Part shown: in pieces, positions 27,677 through 37,651 of the stretch
How positions within the stretch are numbered: position 1 is the stretch's first letter
How the letters are laid out: every line of letters begins with the position of its first letter
Source: Candidatus Eiseniibacteriota bacterium
GTDB lineage: Bacteria > Eisenbacteria > RBG-16-71-46 > DASYSL01
Length of the DNA stretch: 43,764 nt
Direction of reading: 5' to 3'
NCBI GenBank assembly: GCA_031431875.1
Contig: JANPEF010000007.1
Location: forward strand, 1 to 43,764
Notes under the pieces: generated by a model
Seen by the model: the letters and a program-made list of their open reading frames with translations, nothing else
The model's database searches: none
Told to the model about the DNA's origin: nothing
Program-made: the position numbers and the translations under genes

Positions 27677-27803
27677 CGTGAGTTCTCCTTGCGTGGGTTG
27701 GGGTGTGGTTCAGATGACCAAGCACCCGGTGTGACTGCCGGCATCCTAGCAAGCAGATTCCCGATTCAACAACTCAAGAAAGTTCTTGCGGGAAAAATTT
27801 CGA

Positions 27804-28553
27804 CTATGGACCCATCACCCGGCGCCACGCTTCGAGCGACTCGAGACGCAGGCTCGGATTCGTCGCGCGCTCGCGCTCGAGCGTCGACGTCGGCGCCGGA
27901 CCGTAGTCGTGACCGGGGAACAACACGGTCGTCGGTGCAAGTCTGGCCAGCCGCTGGGTGAGCGTGCGGTACATCTCGTCGGGGTCGGAGCCTGGCAGGT
28001 CGACCCGGCCGCAGCCCTGCACGAACAGCGTATCGCCCGCCACCAGAGCGGGTGATGTGACGCTGCCGGGTTTGCCTGCGAGTGTCGTCGGGTCGCTGAC
28101 GAGGAAGCACGTGCTGCCCGGCGTGTGTCCCGGCGTGTGCACGAATTCGACGCGTACCGGGCCGAGCGACAGCTCGTCACCACCGGCGTGCAGTGCAAGG
28201 TCGCGCGCCGGAACGCCGGTGACCCGCTCGATCCACGGCGCGTCGTCGGCGTGGGCGTGCACCCGGGCGTCCGGGGCGAGGGCGGCCAGGCGGGCGATCC
28301 CTTCGACCTGCAGTCCCCACAGGTCACCGCCGACGTGGTCGGGGTGATAGTGGGTGGCGAGCGCGCCGACGAGCGTGTAGCCTTCGCGCGCGACCTTCGC
28401 GACCAATCCGTCCACGTCCCACGCGGGGTCCACCAGGACGGCGGTCCGCGTCGTGTCGTCGGCGATCAGGTAGACGAAGTTGATCATCTGCGTGGCGGTC
28501 GGGTCGTCCTGCGCGAAGTCGCGTCCTGCCAGCCACTGTTCGAGTCGGAGCAT
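27804..28553 (-). CDS. MBL-fold metallo-hydrolase (glyoxalase II-like)
   Basis: THYHPDHVGG, HTPGHTPGS, GDTLFVQGCGRVD, PGHDY. Confidence 0.92.
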   Translation of the reverse strand: MLRLEQWLAGRDFAQDDPTATQMINFVYLIADDTTRTAVLVDPAWDVDGLVAKVAREGYTLVGALATHYHPDHVGGDLWGLQVEGIARLAALAPDARVHAHADDAPWIERVTGVPARDLALHAGGDELSLGPVRVEFVHTPGHTPGSTCFLVSDPTTLAGKPGSVTSPALVAGDTLFVQGCGRVDLPGSDPDEMYRTLTQRLARLAPTTVLFPGHDYGPAPTSTLERERATNPSLRLESLEAWRRVMGP

Positions 28554-28579
28554 GCCCCGACCGTAGCATGGGAGTTCCG

Positions 28580-29293
28580 ATGCCGTCGCTTCTCCGGATC
28601 GAAGATCAGGACCGTGGCGCGTGGGCGCTGCTCGACGATGCCGGTCCGGCTCCCGCGGTACCCCGTGTCCTCGTCGTGCTGGCCGGCGCGGGCTTCGATC
28701 ACGGGCGCCTGCGGGCCGAGGCGGTGCGCGCGACCGCGGTCGTCGCCGCCGATGCCGGGGCGCTGCTGTGCCGGGCTGCGAACATCGAGCCGGCGGCGGT
28801 CGTGGGCGACTTCGACTCGATCCCCAGCGCGGCCCTGGCCGCCTTCCCGCCCGAACGCCTGCACCCCTCCACCGATCCCGAATCGAACGACCTCGAGAAG
28901 TCGCTCGCCTGGGTGGCGGCGCGGTTCGGTGCCGCCGCCGAGGTCACCCTCGCCGCGGGGGGCGGCGTCGACGGCGGGCGGATCGATCACGCGCTGGCGA
29001 ACCTGGGGCCACTCCTGCGCGAGCCGCATGCCCGGATCTCGATGCTCGACGGAGAGGGCCGCCTGTTCGCACTGCGCCACGGTCGGCTCACGGCCCGCGG
29101 GCTGGCCGGAAGGCGCCTGTCGATCCTCCCGTGGTCCCTGCACGGCGTCACGGTGAGCGAATCCGGGGTGCGCTATCCGCTCGATCATGATCGGCTCGTG
29201 CTCGGCGGGCGTGGGGTCAGCAACGAGATCACCGCCGACGAAGCGACCGTGACCGTGCACGACGGGGTCGCGCTCGTGTGGGTGGAGTGTTGA
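28580..29293 (+). CDS. thiN: thiamine diphosphokinase
   Basis: AADAGA, VGDFDSI, NDLEKSL, GGRIDHALAN, GVRYPL and GVSNE motifs. Confidence 0.9.
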   Translation: MPSLLRIEDQDRGAWALLDDAGPAPAVPRVLVVLAGAGFDHGRLRAEAVRATAVVAADAGALLCRAANIEPAAVVGDFDSIPSAALAAFPPERLHPSTDPESNDLEKSLAWVAARFGAAAEVTLAAGGGVDGGRIDHALANLGPLLREPHARISMLDGEGRLFALRHGRLTARGLAGRRLSILPWSLHGVTVSESGVRYPLDHDRLVLGGRGVSNEITADEATVTVHDGVALVWVEC

Positions 29294-30066
29294 CGCTCGA
29301 GGACTGGAGCGGGCTCGCGCGCACCCCGGCGGGCATCGCGCTGACGCTCGCGATCGGACTGGTGTATCCACTGGTCGGCTGGTTCCGCTTTCGCCGTCTC
29401 GAGCGGCGTCCCGATCCGCTGCCGCGCCGCGAGAAGCTCGCGCTGTACGCCAGCATCGTGGTGTCGCAATGGTCGCTCGTCGCCGCGACCGCGCTCGTGC
29501 TCGGCGCGCACGGTCGCTCCCTCGTCGACATCGGTCAGGGGCCCGGCTTCGCGCCGCTGCGCACGGTGTTCCTGGCCGGCGGATTGCTGGCCGGGTTCGC
29601 CGTCCTGTCGTGGGTCACCACGCGCTCGCTCGCCGCGGCGGGACCGGAGGACCTGCCGCCGCACGTGCGGCGCGCGGGACGCATCCTGCCCCGGGACGCC
29701 GTGGAGGTGGCGGGGTTCGTTCCGGTCGCGATCACGGCCGGTGTCTGTGAAGAGGTGCTCTACCGTGGCTGGCTGCCGTGGGCGCTTGCCGGCTGGGCGG
29801 GCTCGGTGCTGGTGGGCTTCATCGCGGCCGCGGTGGTGTTCGGCCTGGGCCATCTCTACCAGGGGCGCAATGGGGTCGTGCTCACCGGGTTGCTCGGCCT
29901 CGCGCTCGGTGCGGCCGTGGCGTGGAGCGGCAGCCTGCTGCCGGGGCAGGCGCTGCACGTCGCCGTCGACCTGGTGAACGGCATCGCCGTTGGCGCGGCG
30001 CTGTCGCGCATGGCGCGATCGGCGGCCCGCCCGATTCCAGTTGCGCCCGCCCCGGGCCCCGGCTAG
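29290..30066 (+). CDS. CPBP family intramembrane metalloprotease
   Basis: AGVCEEVLYRG, FGLGHLYQG, ALHVAVD; TTG start overlapping the thiN stop. Confidence 0.9.
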   Translation: MTLEDWSGLARTPAGIALTLAIGLVYPLVGWFRFRRLERRPDPLPRREKLALYASIVVSQWSLVAATALVLGAHGRSLVDIGQGPGFAPLRTVFLAGGLLAGFAVLSWVTTRSLAAAGPEDLPPHVRRAGRILPRDAVEVAGFVPVAITAGVCEEVLYRGWLPWALAGWAGSVLVGFIAAAVVFGLGHLYQGRNGVVLTGLLGLALGAAVAWSGSLLPGQALHVAVDLVNGIAVGAALSRMARSAARPIPVAPAPGPG

Positions 30067-30215
30067 GCTCTTCTGCGCCGTGCTCCGCAAGGAATCCGGC
30101 CCCCCTTCGATTCGACGTCCCAGGACAATCCGCACGTGGCGACGCCTCCCTTAGGAGGCCGGTTCCGTCGTCGATCGCCCGGACGCACCCGGCTCCGTCC
30201 ACGTGGGGTCCATCG

Positions 30216-31034
30216 ATGTCGTTTCGTCGCCTGGTTCGTCCCGCGCTGTTCCTCGCGCTCCTCGTCCTGCAGACGCCCGCGGCTACGGCCGCCGGCGTGC
30301 ATGTGGCGCTCACCCCGGCGCTCAGCGAGGTTGATCCTGCCGAGGAGCTCACCCTCGAGTTCACGGTCACCGAGGCCGACGCGGCGTTCAACGGCTTCGA
30401 CGCCGTCGTCGAGTACGACCCGGCGATGCTCACGTTCCTGCCGACGGCGCCCACCTCCCTGCAGCAGGGCGCGATCATGACGGGAGCATGCGGCAACACG
30501 TTCCACCTCTTCGCGGCGAACGGCGACTCGCTGGCGTTCACCTGCGTGCTGCTCTGCTCCGGGCTGTCGCTGACGGGACCGGGTGCGGTCTACCGGCTCA
30601 AGTTCCGCGCCGGCGCGACGCTGGGCGAGACACCGGTACGCCTGCGCTCCCCGCGAGCCCGCTTCTACGATGCCGGCCTGTTCGTGTTCCCGGTGGAGAC
30701 CGCCGACGCGGTCGTGCGCATCGGCAACGTGATCGGCGTGGCGCCCACGGGCGCACCGGGCCTCTCGCTGCGCGCGCTGCCGAACCCGTCCCGCGCGGGT
30801 GCGACGACCCTGCGGCTCTTCGCCGATACACCGGGTGCGCAACAGCTGATCATCCAGGACGCGCGCGGCCGGCGGGTGCGCTCGTACGAGTGGTCCGGTG
30901 AGCCGGCGGGCGCGCGGGCGTTCACCTGGGATGGCTTGGACCAGCAGGGGCGCCGCGCCGCCGCCGGCGCCTACCAGGTCGTGTTTCGGGCAGGCGCGCG
31001 GCAGGTGAACGGCCGCGTGATCCTCGTTCATTGA
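30216..31034 (+). CDS. secreted cohesin-domain plus FlgD-Ig protein
   Basis: Signal peptide; GFDAVVEYDPAMLTF; PNPSR...IQDARGRRVR...WDGLDQQGRRAAAGAY. Confidence 0.82.
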   Translation: MSFRRLVRPALFLALLVLQTPAATAAGVHVALTPALSEVDPAEELTLEFTVTEADAAFNGFDAVVEYDPAMLTFLPTAPTSLQQGAIMTGACGNTFHLFAANGDSLAFTCVLLCSGLSLTGPGAVYRLKFRAGATLGETPVRLRSPRARFYDAGLFVFPVETADAVVRIGNVIGVAPTGAPGLSLRALPNPSRAGATTLRLFADTPGAQQLIIQDARGRRVRSYEWSGEPAGARAFTWDGLDQQGRRAAAGAYQVVFRAGARQVNGRVILVH

Positions 31035-31168
31035 TGATGCATGGATCAGCCGGACCAACCTCGGGGGCATTGGTGAACACCTCGGTGATTCGGGTGTGGG
31101 GCTGGTCGCTCCTGGGGGCGGGTCAAGGCGGTCTACCGCCAGGCTTCGCCGGGCGGTAGACTCCGGGC

Positions 31169-32266
31169 ATGAGCACGCCCACGACCGTCGACGCGCCGCT
31201 TCCGCTCTCCACCTACGAACGCCTGCCCGACGCCGAGCTCGACGCGCGCATCCGCGCCGCGAAGACCGCGCTGGGCCGGCGCCTGATCATCCTCGGACAT
31301 CACTACCAGCGCGACGAGGTCGTGCAGTACGCCGACTTCCTGGGCGACTCGTACAAACTGTCGCAGCGCGGCGCCGCCGCCGATGCCGATTACATCGTGT
31401 TCTGCGGTGTGCACTTCATGGCCGAGAGCGCCGACGTGCTGGCGAAGCCGCACCAGCGCGTGATCCTGCCCGACCTGGGCGCCGGCTGCTCGATGGCCGA
31501 CATGGCCGACATCGCCGACGTGGAGGAGGCGTGGGACGCGCTGACCCGCGATCACGGTGACACGTTCGTGCCCATCACGTACATGAACTCGACGGCGGCG
31601 ATCAAGGCGTTCGTCGGGAAGCACGGCGGGCTGGTCTGCACGTCGTCCAACGCCCGCGGCGCGTTCGAGTGGGCGTGGGCGCGCAGGGAGCGCATCTTCT
31701 TCCTGCCCGACGAGCACCTGGGCCGCAACACCGGCGCGGGTCTCGGCCTCTCGCTCGAGTCGATCGGACTATGGGATCCGCGCCTCGACCCGCGGGCCGC
31801 GCTGGCCGCGATCCCGCGCGACACCCGCCTGGTCGTGTGGCGGGGCTACTGCTCGGTGCACCAGCGCTTCACGCCGGAGCAGGCGCACTTCCTGCGCAAG
31901 GAGCTTCCGGGCCTCAAGGTCATCTGCCATCCCGAGTGCAAGTACGAGACCTGCCAGGCCGCCGACCTGGTCGGCTCGACGGACTTCATCATTCGCACGA
32001 TCGAGGCCGCGCCCGCGGGCTCGAAGTGGGCGGTGGGCACCGAGATCCACCTGGTCAATCGCCTCGCGCAGCAGCACCCCGACCGGCAGATCATCTCGAT
32101 GCAGCAGAACGTGTGCGCCTGCGCCACGATGTACCGCATCGATCCGGTGCATCTGTGCTGGGTGCTCGAGAACCTGGTCGCCGGGCACGTGGTCAACGAG
32201 ATCACGGTCGACGACGAGACGATCCGCTGGGCGCGCGTGGCGCTGGAGCGGATGCTCGAGGTATAG
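31169..32266 (+). CDS. nadA: quinolinate synthase
   Basis: ILGHHYQR, VFCGVHFMAESAD, AGCSMADMA, PDEHLG, CSVHQ, HPEC, C.CATM. Confidence 0.97.
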   Translation: MSTPTTVDAPLPLSTYERLPDAELDARIRAAKTALGRRLIILGHHYQRDEVVQYADFLGDSYKLSQRGAAADADYIVFCGVHFMAESADVLAKPHQRVILPDLGAGCSMADMADIADVEEAWDALTRDHGDTFVPITYMNSTAAIKAFVGKHGGLVCTSSNARGAFEWAWARRERIFFLPDEHLGRNTGAGLGLSLESIGLWDPRLDPRAALAAIPRDTRLVVWRGYCSVHQRFTPEQAHFLRKELPGLKVICHPECKYETCQAADLVGSTDFIIRTIEAAPAGSKWAVGTEIHLVNRLAQQHPDRQIISMQQNVCACATMYRIDPVHLCWVLENLVAGHVVNEITVDDETIRWARVALERMLEV

Positions 32267-32288
32267 CCGGAGGCAGGCCTTGCGCCGT

Positions 32289-33335
32289 CTACCCGAGCGC
32301 CCTCAGGATCTCCGCTTCCTTCGCCGCCGCCAGCCCCGCCTCGCGCGGGGCGTCCACCGGCCGTGTCGCATCCCAGTCGAGCGTCGCTTCGATCGTCTCC
32401 GCGAGCGGGCGGAAGGTGAGCCCGGCGGCGCGCGCTTTCCCGTTGTCGCACCGCATCAGGCCCGCCATGTCGGCGTCGGTCTCCGGGATCCAGAACGGCA
32501 TCTCCATCCACGGCCCGACCTCGCGCGCGAGCAACGTCGCATCGTCGACCCAGCGCAGGATCGCCGGCGGGGCGCCGCGCCGCGCGGCGACGTGCATGCA
32601 CGTGGCGAGCACGTCGCCGAACGGGATCGGGGCGGCGGGGCCGGTCGCCAGGTAGACGCCGCGGCGGTTCTCCTCGAGCGCGCGCACCATCCACTCGCCC
32701 AGGTCGCGGACGTCGATGAACTGCGTGAGGCGTTCGGGCCTCCCCGGCGCGAGCACCGCGCCCCCGCGCATCAGGCGGGCCGGCCAGTAGGTGAAGCGAT
32801 CGGTTTTGTCGTGCGGCCCCACGACGAGCCCGGGGCGCACGAGCAGTGCGCGGCCCGGCATCGCGGCCTCGGCCGCTTCCTCGCACAGCGCCTTGAGCGG
32901 TCCGTAGAACGGGCCCAGTTTCGCCGCGGGAATCGGTCCCTCGGCGGAGAGGGTGGCGACTTCCGAGAACTGCTCTGGAGAGAGTCGCCCGAGCGGCGTG
33001 GACTCGTTCGCCGCGGGTGCGGCATGGTCGGCATGCGCCGAGATGCTCGAAACGACGAGGTACGCGTCGGTCGCCGGCGCGAAGAACGCAGCGGCACTCG
33101 CGACGTCGCGCGGCAGGTAGGCGGCGGTGTCGACGACGGCGTCGAAGCGCCGGCCCCGCAAGGCGCCGAAGGCATCGCCCTGCGTGCGGTCCCCGCGCAC
33201 CTGCTCGACGTCGGGGTACGCGCCGGGGTCCTGCTTCCCGCGATTGAACAGCGTGAGTTCGTGGCCGCATGTGCGGGCCGCGTCGACGACCGCGCGGCCC
33301 AGGAACTTGGTGCCGCCGAGGACGAGCAGCTTCAT
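32289..33335 (-). CDS. NAD-dependent epimerase/dehydratase (atypical SDR)
   Basis: LVLGGTKFLG, FNRG, YGPLKALCE, RPGLVVGPHD..RFTYW. Confidence 0.9.
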   Translation of the reverse strand: MKLLVLGGTKFLGRAVVDAARTCGHELTLFNRGKQDPGAYPDVEQVRGDRTQGDAFGALRGRRFDAVVDTAAYLPRDVASAAAFFAPATDAYLVVSSISAHADHAAPAANESTPLGRLSPEQFSEVATLSAEGPIPAAKLGPFYGPLKALCEEAAEAAMPGRALLVRPGLVVGPHDKTDRFTYWPARLMRGGAVLAPGRPERLTQFIDVRDLGEWMVRALEENRRGVYLATGPAAPIPFGDVLATCMHVAARRGAPPAILRWVDDATLLAREVGPWMEMPFWIPETDADMAGLMRCDNGKARAAGLTFRPLAETIEATLDWDATRPVDAPREAGLAAAKEAEILRALG

Positions 33336-33358
33336 GGACGGATCTCCGTGGGGGACGG

Positions 33359-34003
33359 TTACGGCCAGAGTCGTGCGCCGGACCAACCGGCGCCGGCGCG
33401 CTCGAAGCGGAATCGATCGTGGAAGCGGTTCGCCTGTCCCTGCCAGAACTCGATCGCGGTGGCGTGCAGGCGATAGCCGCCCCATTGCGCCGGGCGCGGC
33501 ACCGTGTCGTCGGGCCAGCGCGCATCACTCGCCGCGAACGCTTCCTGCATCGTCACGCGATCGGCGACGGGGCGGCTCTGCTGCGAGGTCGCGGCGGCGA
33601 GGCGACTGGCGCGCGGACGCGTCGCCCAGTAGGCATCGCTCTCGGCGTCGGAGACCCTGGCGACCGTGCCCTCGATGCGGACCTGGCGCTCGAGCGGCTC
33701 CCAGAAGAAGGCGAGAGCGGCGTGCGGATTGACGGCCAGCTCCTGTCCCTTGCGGCTCGCGACGCTGGTGAAGAACGAGAACCCTCCGTCGTCCGTGACG
33801 TCTTTCAGGAGGACGAAGCGCACGGACGGAACCCCTGCGGGCGTGGCTGTGGCCAGGGCGACGGCCTCGGGCATGGCGAGCCCGGCGGCCTCGGCTGCGG
33901 CGAACCACGTGCGGAATGCGGCGACGGGATCGGGGCCGAGGTCGGCGAGCTCGAGTGGGGTGCGCGTGCGCCGAGCAGCTCGCTCCTTGTCGGAATGCCG
34001 CAT
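33359..34003 (-). CDS. pdxH: pyridoxamine 5'-phosphate oxidase
   Basis: PSVRFVLLK, SRKG, RQVRIEG, WGGY, EFWQG..NRFHDR. Confidence 0.95.
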   Translation of the reverse strand: MRHSDKERAARRTRTPLELADLGPDPVAAFRTWFAAAEAAGLAMPEAVALATATPAGVPSVRFVLLKDVTDDGGFSFFTSVASRKGQELAVNPHAALAFFWEPLERQVRIEGTVARVSDAESDAYWATRPRASRLAAATSQQSRPVADRVTMQEAFAASDARWPDDTVPRPAQWGGYRLHATAIEFWQGQANRFHDRFRFERAGAGWSGARLWP

Positions 34004-34806
34004 CAGGCGCCCAGCCGGTCGCGCAATGCGCGGGCGCGGGCGCGCGCCACCGGGACTTCGGTCCGCGCTTCGTCGCCCAACGTAAGCGCGTACGTGCCGG
34101 CAAACCCCGGGCGCAGCGCCACCGCGAAGTCGAGGTTGACGATCGCGCCACGGTGCACGCGCACGAAGCGCGTCGTATCGAGACGGCGCTCGAGCTGGTC
34201 GAGCGTGAAGTTCACGTAGTGGCGGTCCTTCGCGGTCGCGGCGAAGACCAGCTTCTCCTCGGCGCCGAACCACAGGATCTCCTCGGCGCGCAGGATGAGC
34301 TGCCGCGTGCCGACGCGCACGGTGAGACGATCGAGTGCGGGCTCCGCACCCGCGGGGCCACCGGTCGCACCGCCGGGCTCGCCGACCGCGGCCAGCAACT
34401 GCGCGAGGCGCTGCGACAGGTCTTCGGGTCGGGCGAGGTCGCGCCTGGCGCGAGCCAGGGCATCGGCGAGGCGCTCGACGCGGAACGGCTTGAGCAGATA
34501 GTCGACGGCCTCGGCCTCGAACGCGCGCACGGCGTAGTGGTCGAACGCGGTGACGAACACGACGGCCGTCCCCGGCGCGAGGCGGGGCAGGAGCGCGAAG
34601 CCGTCCTCGCCCGGCATCTGGATGTCGAGCAGGACGAGCTCCGGCGACGTCGCGGCGGCCACGCGCGCGGCCTCGTCGACGGAGCCCGCCTCGCCCACGA
34701 TCGCAGCCCCGCCGATCTCGTCGAGCAGCCGACGCGCGCGGGCGCGGGCCAGCGGCTCGTCGTCGACGATCAGGACGCGGAGGGGCGGCGGGGCGGGCGT
34801 GGTCAT
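34003..34806 (-). CDS. LytTR-family response regulator
   Basis: REC domain (VDDEP, LDIQMP, VTAFD, YLLKP) plus LytTR FVRVHRGAIVN. Confidence 0.95.
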   Translation of the reverse strand: MTTPAPPPLRVLIVDDEPLARARARRLLDEIGGAAIVGEAGSVDEAARVAAATSPELVLLDIQMPGEDGFALLPRLAPGTAVVFVTAFDHYAVRAFEAEAVDYLLKPFRVERLADALARARRDLARPEDLSQRLAQLLAAVGEPGGATGGPAGAEPALDRLTVRVGTRQLILRAEEILWFGAEEKLVFAATAKDRHYVNFTLDQLERRLDTTRFVRVHRGAIVNLDFAVALRPGFAGTYALTLGDEARTEVPVARARARALRDRLGA

Positions 34807-34886
34807 GGGGGCGATCCTACTCCGGCCCGCAAGTCGAGACAATCGAGACCCTTGTGGGTGGCCTACAGTGTAAATATAATGTAGGC

Positions 34887-35183
34887 ATGGCCGCGATCCG
34901 CATCGAATGAGACGAGCGCAAGAACACCCTCAATCTGCGCAAGCATGGGATCTCCTTCGACGAAGCGGAGTCGGTGTTTGCAGATGAAAACGCCCTCCTC
35001 CTGGCGGACCCGGAGCACTCCGAGGAGGAGGATCGGTTCATCCTGATGGGCCTGGGCCGTTCGCTTCGGGTCCTGCTCGTCTTTCACTGTTACCGGAGAA
35101 GCGACGACGTGATCCGGATCTTCTCCGCCCGCAAGGCCTCGCGCGCCGAGCGGGACCAGTATGCGCGAAGGTGGCCCCGATGA
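34887..35183 (+). pseudogene. brnT: BrnT family toxin with nonsense codon at the conserved Trp
   Basis: MAAIRIE*DERKNTLNLRKHGISFDEA...IRIFSARKA; TGA at 34908-34910 where the family has FEWD. Confidence 0.85.
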
Positions 35184-35398
35184 AACGCGAGTATGACTTC
35201 AGCAAGGCGAAGCGCAATCCCTACGCGAAGCGCCTCAAGCGTCAGGTGACGATCCGCCTCGAAGAGGGAACGATCCGTTACTTCAAGGCGTTGGCGGAGG
35301 AGGTCGGCGTGCCCTACCAGACGCTGATCAACCTCTACCTGCGGGACTGTGCGGCGACGGAGCGGAAGTTGACGCTCAACTGGAAGCCGGCGGCCTGA
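35180..35398 (+). CDS. brnA: BrnA family antitoxin
   Basis: MKREYDFSKAKRNPY...VTIRL...YFK...PYQTLINLYLRDC; ATGA overlap with the toxin stop. Confidence 0.9.
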   Translation: MKREYDFSKAKRNPYAKRLKRQVTIRLEEGTIRYFKALAEEVGVPYQTLINLYLRDCAATERKLTLNWKPAA

Positions 35399-35422
35399 TG
35401 CGGTCGGCCCGGTGGGCCGGAG

Positions 35423-37651
35423 CTACCACGACAGCCCGGCCCCGAAGACGAGCATGCGGCGGCTGAAGTACGAGTCGTCCGCGTAGCGCTGCGAGTAGTC
35501 GGCGCTGTAGTGATAGTCGAGCGTGTTGCGGATGCCGAGCACGTTCAGGCCCTCCATGTAGGCCACGCACACCGAGCTGCCCGGCAGCCCCGCGAACGCC
35601 GGCAGCGAGAACAGGTGCGTGATCCTCAGGTCGAGCCGGTGCTGCGCGGGCATCAGGCCCGAGTTGTTCTCGGCGTAGGTCGGCCGCCACAGATCGCGGT
35701 CCGGGTCGTAGGTCGCGTCCACGACCGGCGTGTACGGCCGGCCGGCGGACGCGGCGTACTTGGCGCCCAGCGACCACTGCGGTGTGACGCGGTACTGCCC
35801 GACCAGCGTGAGGGAGTGGCGCACGCCGTACACGGCGGGCACCTCGTGCGGGTCGTCGAACTCCTGGCGCTGCGAGTCCATGTAGCCGTACGACACCCAG
35901 CCCGTCAGCGCGCGGTGCGAGCCGCGCAGGAACACGTCGAGACCTTGCGCATAGCCCGTACCTTCCGCGGCGTAGAACGTCGCGGCGTCGTTGATGATCA
36001 AGTCTTCGTAGACCTTGCGGTACATCTCGACGCGAAGATTCACGTCCGTCTCCAGCCACTCATAACCGGCAATCAAGTGCGTCGCGGCTGCCGCCGCGAG
36101 TGAGGGGTTGCCGTACGCGGGATCGAGGTAGGCGGCGTCGGGCGGCTGGTGGTAGCGCCCGCCGGCGAGGCGTACCGTGTGACCGGCGCGGATGTTCCAG
36201 GCCACTGCGGCGCGCGGATCGAGCGACCACTCGCCATTGGTCGAGATGCGGTCGACGCGCGCACCGAGCGTCGCGTACACCGGTCCGGCGACGCGAAACT
36301 TGTCCTCGACGTAGGCGCCCGGCAGGTCGACGCGCGCATCGGTCGTGTAGGTGCGAGTCGGCGCACCCGCACCCAGGTCCGTGCTGTCGGCAGCGCCCGG
36401 GCCGGCGATCACCGTCGCGCGACCGCGGTACTGCAGCCCGAATGACAGCTCGTGGCGCTCCGACGCGGACCACAGGGCGTCGACCTGCGCCAGCGTGTTG
36501 TCCTCGTCGCGGATCCCGCCGAATTCCGAGAAAGCCCACTCCGAGCGATAGTGCTGCAGCGAGCCGATCACGGTCACGGCAAGCGCGTCGCCGACCAGTT
36601 GCTGCGCGCGGAGGCCGACGAAGTCGTTGCCGGCCTTCGCCGCGTACGTGTCGGTCACGTTGAGCCGCTCGGCCACGACCGCGGTGCGATCGGCCGAGCC
36701 GACGTACGTCGCCGCGACCTTGCTCGACGGCGTCGGCCGCCACAGCGCCTTCACGGCGCCGTGTTCGCTGGCGGGCATCTTCTCGAATGCGTTCGGCGAG
36801 CCGTAGATGTCGAACAGGAGCTGCGGCCGCCCCAGGCTGCCGGTCGCCAGCAGCGAGAACTTCTCGGGCACGATCGCCCAGCTCGTCGCGGCGTTCACGC
36901 CCGCCAGGTTCGCCCCGACGGAGACGGAGCGCTCGGTCAGCGGATCCTGTGTCTCGACGTCGAGTACGCCCGACAGCACCCCACCGTACTTGGCGCTGAA
37001 GCCGCCGGTGGAGAAGAACGCACTCTTCATCAGGTACGTGTCGAAGCCGGCGAACAGGCCACCCGAGGCGTTCTCGTAGTGGTAGGGGTGTCCCAGCTCC
37101 GCGCCATCGAGGCGGATCAGCGTCTCGGAGGGATCGCCGCCGCGCACGTACAGGGCGGCGCCCTCGTTCGGCGCATTGATCCCCGGCAGAGCGCGCAGCG
37201 ACTGGAACACGTCGCCCGCGCCGCCGGGAGTCATGTAGACGTCCATGCGGTTGAGCACCGCGCCCTCGCTGCCCCCCGCCTTGCCGAACGTGGAGCTGGC
37301 GACCGTCACCTCCGAGATCGGCACCGGCGCGTCGCCCAGCACCAGGCGCAGCGGCACCGCGTCGGGGCGCACGTCGAACGACAGGCGCGACTTCGCGTAG
37401 CCGATTCCCATCGCCTCGAGCACGCACGGTCCGGCCGGCAGGTCGAACGCGAACGCGCCGTCGGCCCCCGTGGAGGCGCCGCGCTTGAGCGCGGGTACGT
37501 TCACCGTGGCGAACTCGACCGGATGTCCCTTCCCGTCGACGATGATGCCGACCACGCGAACCATCGCTTGCGCGCGGGCCGGGCCGGCTCCGATCGTCGC
37601 CGAGATGAACCCGGCGAGGGCCAGGACGACGAAGAGGCGAGCGGCCGACAC
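35423..37651 (-). CDS. TonB-dependent receptor
   Basis: N-terminal regulatory-like domain; plug PGGAGDVFQSLRALPG..LYVRGG...FSTGGFSAKYG; ends in aromatic W. Confidence 0.92.
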   Translation of the reverse strand: MSAARLFVVLALAGFISATIGAGPARAQAMVRVVGIIVDGKGHPVEFATVNVPALKRGASTGADGAFAFDLPAGPCVLEAMGIGYAKSRLSFDVRPDAVPLRLVLGDAPVPISEVTVASSTFGKAGGSEGAVLNRMDVYMTPGGAGDVFQSLRALPGINAPNEGAALYVRGGDPSETLIRLDGAELGHPYHYENASGGLFAGFDTYLMKSAFFSTGGFSAKYGGVLSGVLDVETQDPLTERSVSVGANLAGVNAATSWAIVPEKFSLLATGSLGRPQLLFDIYGSPNAFEKMPASEHGAVKALWRPTPSSKVAATYVGSADRTAVVAERLNVTDTYAAKAGNDFVGLRAQQLVGDALAVTVIGSLQHYRSEWAFSEFGGIRDEDNTLAQVDALWSASERHELSFGLQYRGRATVIAGPGAADSTDLGAGAPTRTYTTDARVDLPGAYVEDKFRVAGPVYATLGARVDRISTNGEWSLDPRAAVAWNIRAGHTVRLAGGRYHQPPDAAYLDPAYGNPSLAAAAATHLIAGYEWLETDVNLRVEMYRKVYEDLIINDAATFYAAEGTGYAQGLDVFLRGSHRALTGWVSYGYMDSQRQEFDDPHEVPAVYGVRHSLTLVGQYRVTPQWSLGAKYAASAGRPYTPVVDATYDPDRDLWRPTYAENNSGLMPAQHRLDLRITHLFSLPAFAGLPGSSVCVAYMEGLNVLGIRNTLDYHYSADYSQRYADDSYFSRRMLVFGAGLSW

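Noticed and set aside
34908..34910. TGA as Trp (alternative genetic code) or Sec in brnT
   Set aside because: Many genes here end in TGA, and the position is a Trp, not a Cys, in the family
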